DNA of 63,959 nucleotides, counting the filler, from Octopus bimaculoides (taxonomy: Eukaryota), in the NCBI RefSeq assembly GCF_001194135.2. It is 3 parts of 3 records of this genome, joined end to end, with 100 filler letters (N's around TTAATTAATTAA, not from the genome) between each part and the next. Parts side by side here need not be neighbours in the genome. Positions count along the whole stretch, not along the records: positions 30,924 to 62,618 come from NC_068982.1; positions 62,719 to 63,959 come from NC_068999.1; 1 more part is not named here. One strand, written 5' to 3'. Below, in pieces: positions 53,836-63,959 of the stretch. Under the pieces are notes generated by a model. It saw only the letters and a program-made list of their open reading frames with translations, was not told where the DNA came from and searched no databases. A program made the translations under genes and the position numbers. Positions within the stretch are counted from its first letter, which is position 1. Each line of letters opens with the position of its first letter.

Positions 53836-54268
53836 CATAGGCTGTGTGGTAAGAAGTTTGCTTCCTAACCACATGGTTCCGGGTTCAGTCCCACTGCGTG
53901 GCACCTTGAGCAAGTATCTTCTACTATAGTCTCGGGCCGACCAAAGCCTTGTGAGTGGGCTTGATAGGCGAAAACTGAAAGAAGCCTGTCGTATATGTGT
54001 GTGTGTGTGTGTGTGTGTGCGTGTGTGCGTGCGCGCGAGCGTATTTATGTCTTTGTGTCTGTTTTTTCTCCTCATCATCGCTTGACAACCGATGTTGGTG
54101 TGTCTACATCCCCGTAACTTATCGATTCAGCAAAATGACCGATATAATAAGTACTAGGCTCACAAAAAATAAGTCCTGGAGTCGATTTCTTCGACTAAAA
54201 TCCTTTAAGGTGGCGCTCCAGCATGGCTGCAGTCAAATGACTGAAACAAGTAAAAGAATAAAAGAATA
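53836..54268 (+). mobile_element. SINE family B, best-preserved copy
   Basis: Head GCTGTGTGGTAAG..GGGTTCAGTCCC, CORE-like GGCACCTTGAGCAAGT, internal (GT)n, tail CTCCAGCATGGCTGCAGTCAAATGACTGAAACAAGTAAAAGAATAAAAG. Confidence 0.9.
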
Positions 54269-55044
54269 TATTCCATGTTGTGAGCAGTAGCGTCATTGAT
54301 TACAGGTTTCCAAGGCCCAGTCACTATGTCTAAAGTAGCGAAAGGATTTAAGGATTACCTGAGTAACATGAGGGAAAATATTGCAAAGGGTTTGGCTTTT
54401 GAGGTATCACTTTATCAGTTTACTCACCAATGTTCATATTTTTCATATGTACATTGCTGAATTTCAAGAAATTACGAGGATTATGTATGTATGTATGTAT
54501 GTATGTATGTATGTGTGAATGTATGTATGTATGTATGTATGTATGTATGTATGTATACATGTGTATTTATGTATATAGAAGTGTGCGTGTATANNNNNNN
54601 NNNATATATATATATATATATGCATATATGGGTACAGGACGTTACCAACTGTGTAAACAACATGAGATTCGGAAACAAACGAGTTAAATACGCAAACAGC
54701 GAGAGAGAAAAATGGAAAACAGGACAAGTAAACACAGGGAACGACCCTTCAGCTGTTTTCGGTTGTCTATGTACTCCTCATTTCGAGCATTCAACAACAA
54801 TATGTGTCTTCAAAGACTTGCTTCTATAAATTCCAAAATAAAATTTAGGATTTATGGCGTGTCAAAGTTGGGAACAAAAACAGGACAGTGGAGACATACA
54901 AAGAAACCGAACGAAAGCAAACATAGAGGGTCGTTAGACCAGAACGAGTGGAAAATCGTAAACGCTGGGAGAAATATTTTCTTTGAAAAGAGAAAAGATA
55001 GACAGATGAAATACATCGACAGATGAAATACATCGACAGATGAA

Positions 55045-55820
55045 ATACATCGACCCCAGTGCGTAATTAGTACTTAATTTATCGACCCCGAAAGGATGAA
55101 GGGCAAAGTCGACCTCGACGGAATTTGAACTCAGAGCATAAAGACAGATGAAATACTGCTAAGCATTTCGCCCGGCGAGCTAATGTTTCTTATTTCTTTA
55201 TTGCCTACAAGGGGTTAAACATAGAGGGGACAAACAAGGACAGACCAAAGGGATTAAGTCGATTACAGCAACCCCAGTGCGTAACTGGTACTTAATTTAA
55301 CGACCCCGAAAGGCAAAGGCAAAGTCGACCTCGGCGGAATTTGAACTCAGAACGTAAAGACGGACGAAATACCTATTTCTTTACTGCCCACAAGCGGCTA
55401 CACACAGAGGGGACAAACAAGGACAGACAAACGGATCAAGTCGATTACATCGACCCCAGTGCGTAACTGGTACTTAATTTATCGAACCAGTGCGTAACTG
55501 GTACTTAATTTATCGACCCCGAAAGGATGAAAGGCAAAGTCGACCTCGGCGGAATTTGAACTCAGAGCGCAGTGGCAGACGAAATACCTATTTCGTTATT
55601 GCCCACAAGGGGCTAAACATAGAGGGAACAAACAAGAACAGACGAACGGATTAAGTCGATTACATCAACCCAGTGCGTAACTGGTACTTAATTTATCGAT
55701 CCCAAAAGGATGAAAGGCAAAGTCGACCTCGGCGGAATTTGAACTCAGAACGTAACGGCAGACGAAATACCGCTAAGCATTTCGACCGGCGTGCCAACGG
55801 TTCTGCCAGCTCGCCGCCTT
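55045..55820 (-). mobile_element. Head-to-tail tetramer of SINE family A
   Basis: Four repeats of CCCAGTGCGTAA..GTACTTAATTTA.CGA.CCC.AAAGG..AAAGTCGACCTCG.CGGAATTTGAACTCAGA. Only the unit ending at 55820 has the complete head. Confidence 0.95.
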
Positions 55821-56646
55821 CATAGTACAGTCTATAGTTTAAGTTGTCATACAAATACTAGTCGTAGTTGCAGTAATAGTCGTTCTCCCTTTCTTCATAT
55901 GTTCGTTGCTGTAGTTGTTGCTGCTGTTTTCATTGTTTTTGTTGTCATGGTTATCGTCGTCGTCGTTGTCATTGTTGTCGCCGCCGCCAGTCCCCTCGTC
56001 ACCATCGCATCATCGTCGTCGTTGTTGCCGTCGTTTTTAAATTCAATCACTGAAGTAGCTGTAAAAAAAAAAAATGTACAGTCTTATGTATATAAACAGC
56101 TACAGAACAGCAAAAGATTTGCAGTGGATATGCAGTAGAAACACAGTAGCTAGGCAGTAGGAAAGCGGCTGAGGTAATGACAATATTCTGTGTAGAAGAT
56201 CAGCGTCTTTAGGCTACAACAGACAGGCAGTGAAGAATTTACATACAAAAGTAAATGCATGCATCCGTGCACACACGCATACCTAGACATCTACATGTAA
56301 ATATGTGTATGCACTGATGCCTGTATATACCTATGTGCGTACATGTACAAATTACAATTTTCGATAAATGAAATGGTAGAAATATTTAGAATTATTAATA
56401 TAAAACGAAACAGGCGAACGGATGGCGGGGGCGGAATAAATACAGCGTCGCTTGAGAAGAGAATATTGAACGGATTTATATTAAGTTGTCAGCAGAGAAG
56501 ACCTGCAGTGTCCTGCACAGTGAAAGGTTCATAGAATACGCACTCTTCACATGACTGATGTGTCTTCTTTATATAAGGTGGAACATGCATGAATGTTCTA
56601 GCATACTGCTACTAATATAGGGAGACTTTGCTCCCAGGATCTGCAT

Positions 56647-56700
<54 letters not shown>

Positions 56701-56843
56701 TTGCAGACATCTCTGTATACATACGCGCATGTATATTTATGTAGATATGTGCCCATGAACGCTCGCGCGCGTACACGTGCATACGCACACAAAGTTACAT
56801 GCACGTATATACATATCTATTGATCTATCTGTCAGTCTGTCTA

Positions 56844-56882
<39 letters not shown>

Positions 56883-57269
56883 CATACAAACGTTACGGAA
56901 TGGAGTATGGGAAATCCGGGCTACATATGTTTCATAGCGAGTGGAAACTCAGAAGTGGTAAAATCCAAGTGAGGTGTATACCACCGGTTACTTTTAAGGT
57001 CAAGGATATCTTGATTAGATTAAAGGATACATTGTCGCAAGTAGGTACATGCTGAGGCAAAAGGGATTCAATCAGAATGTATGTATGTATATATGTGTGC
57101 GTATGTATGAGTGAGTGTGTGTATATATATTATATTATATTATATATATATATGTATATATATGTATGTGTGTGTGTGTGCGTACACATTTATAAACATA
57201 TATGTGTACATATATATATACATATAAATGGATATGTAGATACCTATGTATGAATATATATGTATGTAA

Positions 57270-57307
<38 letters not shown>

Positions 57308-57386
57308 TATGTGTGCGTGTGTGTGTGTGTGTGTACGTGTGTATGTGTGTGTGCGTGCGTGTGTGTGTGTGTGTGTNNNNNNNNNN

Positions 57387-57459
<73 letters not shown>

Positions 57460-57702
57460 AAATGCAGTCGAGAAAAAATACACTCAAAGAAGCGTATCAT
57501 AGAATGTGTTTGTTTATTTGTGTAAAGTCGATGATTCTCACTGTAGCCAGACAGATTTTCACGCGGATACTATTGTTTAAGCATTATTAGATATATCAGA
57601 CATGATTATCATTCATACGCGTGCAACTCCGAATCGAATAACTGTGAAAGGAATTATTGACAAATGTACTTACATACATACATGCATACATACATATATA
57701 TA

Positions 57703-57760
<58 letters not shown>

Positions 57761-57761
<1 letters not shown>

Positions 57762-57945
57762 GGGAGAATGTACGAAAAAACAACAACAGACGAGGACAAG
57801 TGGTGTAAACAACAAAAGGATGTATTAGTATGACGCTCGGGAATACGGAAAGTCTTTGACGTTTCGAGCTACGCTCTTCAACAGAAAGAATACGGAGACA
57901 AGGAGAAAAACACGGAGAAAAAAAATTGAATAGTGTTCAGTTATG
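57761..57945 (-). mobile_element. Penelope-like element terminal-repeat fragment between TA-rich microsatellites
   Basis: Contains the GACGTTTCG...CTCTTCAACAG signature, which is a minimal hammerhead on the minus strand. Confidence 0.65.
57853..57889 (-). ncRNA. Minimal type I hammerhead ribozyme-like motif with variant core CUGUUGA
   Basis: Minus strand: UCUUU (stem I 5') - CUGUUGA - A - GAGC GUA GCUC (stem II) - GAA - ACGU (palindromic stem III) - C, cleavage site GUC - AAAGA (stem I 3'). Confidence 0.7.
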
Positions 57946-58801
57946 CACATATATATATACACACACATATATACGTATATACACACACATATATATATAC
58001 ACATATATTATACATATATATATATATGCACATATATATAAACACATATATACACATATATTTATACATATATATATATATGCACATATATATACACACA
58101 CATATATATATATGCTCGCACACACACGCACACACATATTGTATTTCGATTTCGAGACGGTCATTTTTTGTTTGTTTGTTTGTTTTTTGCATAGGTGCGG
58201 TGTTTTGCAATCATTATCTTACCTTCAAGGTGGAAAATATGCCTCCCCAGGTAATTTTTTAAATAGTCTATCGTTAGGTTCAATCGTCACTAAAAGAGGA
58301 TGTTAATTTACAGTCAACCAGACCCTCTTCTTTTCTTTTGTCTATCTATTTATATATTTTGTATTTCGATTATAATTGTATTTTATCTTTTCACTATATC
58401 TATGGGCTTAGCATTATCTGTAAACTGCTTGAAATGGCACATCCCCTTTGGTATGCATTATCACACAGAGTGAAATGATGAGAGAATCTAACGAATGACT
58501 TATTTAAGCAGTCACCTGAGGAGGCCCATCTTACCGTTTGGATTTAAAGTAATGATTACACAACATCTCACCAATGTACTACATGTACAAAAACGTGTCG
58601 AAACAACTGTAGTGATTTTTCATAAAGAATGTCATTAATTCCATTTTCCAAATTTTTCTATTTATATAAACTCTACAGACACTTTGGAATTCCTGGTGTA
58701 TATCCAATGGCAGAAGCATTTCCACTGTATGACGCATCAGATAGCCAATATCTATAGAATAGCTTTGTATAGCATTCTACAAGGCTTTTACCCGAATATT
58801 A

Positions 58802-58843
<42 letters not shown>

Positions 58844-59503
58844 TGCTTAGTGTCGTGAGTTGCTTGACAGACTTATTAAAGTTTTGGAGATCGTTAGTAG
58901 GACACAGTTTTCGCAGCTTTTCTCTTTGACGAAATTGTTGTCTAGTGTCTGTCTACCAAAGACCAAGAATGAGTGTCTCCTTGCTGAAAATTGGTCAGTC
59001 TCTCGTTGTTCTCTACCAGCGAACATTGTTACATCGATACATCGACTTCAGAGTCTTGCTGATGAGAAAGAGCGTCAATGTTCTCACGAATAACATCGTT
59101 ACAACTTCCATCGCTTCTAAAATGACTGAAACTATTCTTGCATTCATGGTCTACATTCTCGTTAATTCAATTGGAGATATTTTCAGTGACTTTTACCGAG
59201 TCATTTGGGCAAATCACCTAAGCATGTTTAAAAGACTTGGCTGTTCTTTTGTAATGATGTGGTCAATTCACTTTTATCTAAATGTCTGTAGGTGTTCTAG
59301 GTGCAATCCCATGGTCATTCATGACCGAAGGATGTCTCCTCCATTAGCATACTCCAGAGAATTATACCATTTTACCTTTTCTAAAACTATCTCTGGAACA
59401 TGGTTAGATCACTTTTCTGCATCTGATGTTCCAACTGCCTTGCATATATTCCAATGAAAATGTCGTCACTTAGTCATTTTTCTAAAAATTATTATTATTA
59501 GAT

Positions 59504-59533
59504 GCGGCGAGCTGGCAGAATCGTTAGCATGCC
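59504..59533 (+). mobile_element. SINE family A, 5' 30 nt only
   Basis: GCGGCGAGCTGGCAGAATCGTTAGCATGCC. Confidence 0.7.
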
Positions 59534-60197
59534 ATCAAAGTGACACTGGGGTTCAAATATACGAAGCCCAGTATACTCATAATGGCTAACTGTCTGATAA
59601 GGGTACACCGGGCACATGAATCACAACCATATGTGCATGACCTCGCAGGTGGAGCCCAGTTAGAATTTTCTTCTGGTCGAGTAGCCTATCCCGCTCAAAA
59701 GGTACCTGAATAACGGTTGTTTAAGGATATTGAACGAAACATCCGTACTTCCAGAGATGAATTGTTCAAACTCCAAAAATTTCTCTCAACACATGGCTAT
59801 GATACTCCTCCACTACTACTCGAGATCAGTGATGCACATATCGTCAGCCACCAAGGGACATGCTCAACTAGTTAAGATAAAGTAATTGACAAGCAAATCT
59901 ATGGTAATGAGCAGAATATTTGTTGTAGCCCATCTTTTATACCAAGACAAAACAAAACAGTATTATTATTATCTTGGTAGATCTCAAATTCGGTGTTATT
60001 CCTGGTAGGGATTATGTGGATAGTAGGTTACTACCTGTAATCTTAGGTATCCACAAGTTTTCAGCAGTCTTTCAAGTGCTTAGGACACTCCTGATAATCC
60101 TTTGTATCCTTAAAAGACAAACTTTCTGCAGGAGCTCTACCGGGCATTCTATTCCAATCTCCCTCAACCATTTATCTTATCATCATCATCATCATCA

Positions 60198-60255
<58 letters not shown>

Positions 60256-61029
60256 TATTATTATTATCATCATCATCATCATCATCAACAACGTTATTAT
60301 TATCCGATCTTCTGTGACAGTGAACATTGATGCTCCTTAAATTTACACCAATTTTCAAAAATATCTGGAATTTTGTTAATATAGTTTAAGAATGATATCC
60401 CCAGGCAGAAGAGGAATGTTTATAAATGTTCAGTATCTTTTTTGTTTAGAGTAGGCGCACCTACTTTCCTCGTCGTCCGCATACAGTGAAAAATAAACAA
60501 ATAGTGTTGAAGCTATCACTTGCCTTATCTGAAAATTTTTTTGGAGATTCGTAGTACCATGTGCATGTTCGTTGGTTCTAATAACACAAATAGATGTATG
60601 GTGCAACACAGCAATGAGGCAAAACGCGACACCACGATGAATAAAGGCAGCAGTACTGGCATCAGTAGACTGGTAGAAAGAACAAGATTGTAGTACGATT
60701 CAATGGCACCACCACCACCGCCGCCACTAACAACAGCAAGACTAGAATTGCTTTCACGGTGGAATTAGCAATATCACCTCTACCAGCTGCAACAATAACA
60801 CAAGCTTATAAGCAAATTAGCTGCTAAAACTGTCTCTTTTATAAGTGATGCAAAATCCACTGAGAAGTTATAATTACAGACAGAATTTTTGAGATAAGCC
60901 AAAATAATTCTGGGAAAGCAAGACAGTAAGATCAATTGAGCAGTGCTGCAGGAGTGTGGTGGGATAAACAATATAGAAACATGTAGAATAATATACCGAA
61001 GCATTGGCACAAACGGTCACAGCATAAAG

Positions 61030-61480
61030 AGACCGAGATAGATTCAAGTGGAAAAGTGCCTGACGGGAAGTTTTTTGTTACCTGCGGCAAGTACTAAGGA
61101 GAGGTGGTCGTGAGGTATCCTCTGAGGACGAGGTGAGGAATCACTTTAAGCCCTCAGTAAAGAGTGAAAAGATAACTCTTATTCCTTTCCAGCGAGTGGT
61201 GAAGGGGTGGTGGTGGATGGTGATGATGGTGCCGCCAGAAATAGATACCTATTCGATAACATTCTTAACCAGGAAAGAGGACGAATTGAGTAACCTTAAG
61301 GTTTATAAGTTACACAAGGAGAAATGATCGGTGATTGGCAAGGATCACTAGATTTTAAAAGATATGGGGAGCTCGAAGTAACTCCGATCTGATCAAGTTG
61401 TCTGACAGTACAGCTTCCAGATGCTTGCAGCAATTTTAGGTAGAACGGCTGCGTGTCACGGTAGAGAACAAAAATGAAGG
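61030..61480 (+). mobile_element. Second, highly diverged Tx1-like ORF1 relic
   Basis: EKCL / VTCGKY*GEVVVR / SEDEVRNHFKPSVKSEKITLIP-x15-PPEID aligns with GKCL / ITKGKKIGTVEVR / NEEKVRKRSVETLKTEDVALIP-x15-PPEID at 5697-5907. Confidence 0.65.
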
Positions 61481-62561
61481 ATGGTCCACACTACGACAAC
61501 ACCACAACCTTAACAACAAGAACAATATGGATGAATAAGATTAGCGACAGCAGCAGCATTAGCAGCAACAACAATAGTTTAGACCAACAGCTTGCATCAA
61601 AAGGACAGTTTCACCACCATAACCATAATCAAAGAATCCCTCTATCTGCAATGATCCAAATGACAGAATTGCACACGTGCACGAACTCATATGCTCACAC
61701 GTACATCTCCTCTCTCCGGCAGACTTTTCTTACTCCGAGACCTCGTCGTGCGAAGATTCGAGACGAGCAAGTCGTAAGAGGTCGAACTTTACTTTCAATG
61801 GAGTCGAAGAATAATTTAGCTTTGTTACAACAAAAATGAATAAATAAATAAAATCAAAGAACATTTGACTAAAATGTTCATACAAATATTGTATATACAC
61901 TACATAATTCAAAAATTAAACTTATACAACACAGTCTTGCTGAATATGTCATTGAATCAACAAGAAATGTGATTTTAAGTAAAATTACCTGAAAGAATTT
62001 TTAAAACATTTATCATTACTAAGCTTCATTTTGTAAAGGACATCTTTCGCGTGATTATTCACAACAATGTTTCATGATTTGGTTGAATTAGAAGCAATAA
62101 CAGCAAAAATATACAAAATGTTTTACAGCATATAATATTTAAATAGAAATTTGTTCATATTCTGGCGAAGAGAGTACAATGCTTCGACGAAAATCTGTTA
62201 TACAAAATTAATTCAGGAACTTCTAGATTTGGCATTGTTTGAGTTATCGGTAAGGTGTTGTTTTGGATGAAACTATAAACGAAATCAGTGAAGTGGCTTT
62301 TGTTTATAAAAATTGACAATGAAATATCGGCCGCGTTTCCCAAAGCCGGCTTCCTTCAGACTGTTAAAGCAGTTTGGACGTACAGTGTTGGTCTTTCTAC
62401 GTTTTACTTCAAAGATAGGTTTCTGGCATCGGAAAGAGCTTGAAAAACAAAACATTTATGACTAACTTTTGAATTCAGAATTTATTTTACGGAATTCTTG
62501 GTGAAAATTTTGGCAGAAAAGCGAAACAATTATTAAACTTTTGGCAGATATACGTACACAC

Positions 62562-62618
<57 letters not shown>

Positions 62619-62718
62619 NNNNNNNNNNNNNNNNNNNNNNNNNNNNNNNNNNNNNNNNNNNNTTAATTAATTAANNNNNNNNNNNNNNNNNNNNNNNNNN
62701 NNNNNNNNNNNNNNNNNN
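62619..62718. other. Artificial scaffold join: 44 N + TTAATTAATTAA + 44 N
   Basis: Identical to 30824-30923. Confidence 0.9.
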
Positions 62719-63959
62719 GTCCACAAATCTAATTTTGGGGGTTCGGTTAACGGGGGAGTGTGGTGTGAAACCTCGCAAATCCCTCCTCGAAATTTCACCG
62801 GGAAGAACCCCCCTCCCATTTCCAATTTCACAGTGGAAAATATTTGACAAATTTTGAGAAATTTTGACAGAAATTTTGAGATGTTGGCAAATTTTGACAA
62901 AGTTTGACAGACATTTTGACATATGTTGGCAAGGGAACATTTACAATAGCAGTGATCCTTTTAGAAATAACAGGCAAATCACCCTAGACACACTAGTGTA
63001 CAGAATACTGTACTCATTGTTCAGTACAGTATTCTTTCGTGTGTGCATGTATATATATATGTATGTGTGTATATATGTGTGTATGTATGTATATATGTGT
63101 GGGTGTATATATATATATATGCGTGTGTGTTTGTGTGTGTGTATGTGTGCGCATGTGCGTGAGTATATATACGTAGCACATACTCATGTATCAGGAGTAA
63201 GAGAGTCTCTGAAATAAATGGAAAGAGAGAATGATGTGCATTGATACGTAGATAAATAGAGAGCTATTCTTTATAACATAGGCTGTTTATTGCAGAATCC
63301 TTCGAATGGAAAACCATCTGTACATACTGCAAATGATGCAATGCATTTTGCAGGAAATAACTTGTGATATGCCTGTGCGCCATTACATCGTCTAGGCTGT
63401 TGTTCTGATTGGCACGAAAGAATATATTTCCAATGGCTTTACAATTTAAACCCTGCATTTGATATTAACATTTCCGAATCAATTAGAATGTATATATCGC
63501 AACGGCATAAACTTTATGAAAGTAAGCTTCGTTCTTTGATCTACACTTTATATTTGGAAAGCAGAAACATGAAAATTGCTATTACAATGGATACATATCA
63601 TATAATTTATTTAATCGTCAAATGCAAATTTATTTTATGGAAATTAAAGGGGTTTCTAGATATCCTCCTATAAATAAACGATATTTTACAAATGTAGCTA
63701 ATTTCGTAACAGTTTTGCCAATTTTCTCACCGATTGTACTAGATCATCAATGACAACATTTCAGATAGGAGTTCTCGCTAACATAGTCACGCACATACAC
63801 ATACATATGCTCACAGTTATAATGTATAATGAAGCACCCTGCCTAGGTTTCCTTGCCTGAGACTCTCTTTATCTCTCCTTATATATCTCTTTTAATTTAT
63901 CTATGTACGTACAACTATGTATTTAAGTGCGCATGCATATATATATATATATATATATA

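Noticed and set aside
55045-55820. Repeat-spacer appearance suggesting CRISPR
   Set aside because: Units are about 180-230 bp SINE copies with homologous rather than unique intervals, in a eukaryotic context with no cas genes.
56900-57055. KIQVRCIPPVTF, faintly like the Tx1 ORF1 IPP motif
   Set aside because: No other aligned block.
58900-59450. Possible LINE endonuclease relic on the minus strand (IDHIITK)
   Set aside because: One short motif amid many stops is insufficient.
62160-62195. CTGGCGAAGAG...CTTCGACGAAA hammerhead-like string; similar near 34030 and 29205
   Set aside because: The core and stems cannot be assembled consistently.

Overview
Repeat-dense, AT-rich animal genomic DNA, most probably an octopus assembly (inferred from the extreme microsatellite load and the SINE families; not provable from the window). 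I found no recognisable host protein-coding gene, tRNA, rRNA or CRISPR array, and almost all ORFs in the supplied track are microsatellite or N-gap artefacts. The window holds decayed transposons. These are a near-complete Tx1/L1-clade LINE (about 5.2-10.2 kb) plus two further Tx1-like fragments, a CR1/L2-group LINE 3' half, and four R4/Dong-clade pieces, each abutting (TAA)n. There are also two mariner relics, a Tc1/maT-like 3' end, two inverted Tigger/pogo relics, an internally deleted piggyBac, a hAT MITE with an 8-bp TSD, a long-TIR MITE, Penelope-like terminal fragments and about 20 copies of three tRNA-derived SINE families. The most interesting observations are a minimal hammerhead ribozyme with a non-canonical core (57853-57889, minus strand), (TAA)n targeting by R4/Dong, a 3' tail shared by a SINE and a LINE, tandem SINE multimers, and an ETS/E-box promoter-like island at 49.0-49.15 kb with tentative minus-strand exons. 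Two 44N-TTAATTAATTAA-44N blocks are artificial scaffold joins. I could not support a wholly new biological system.
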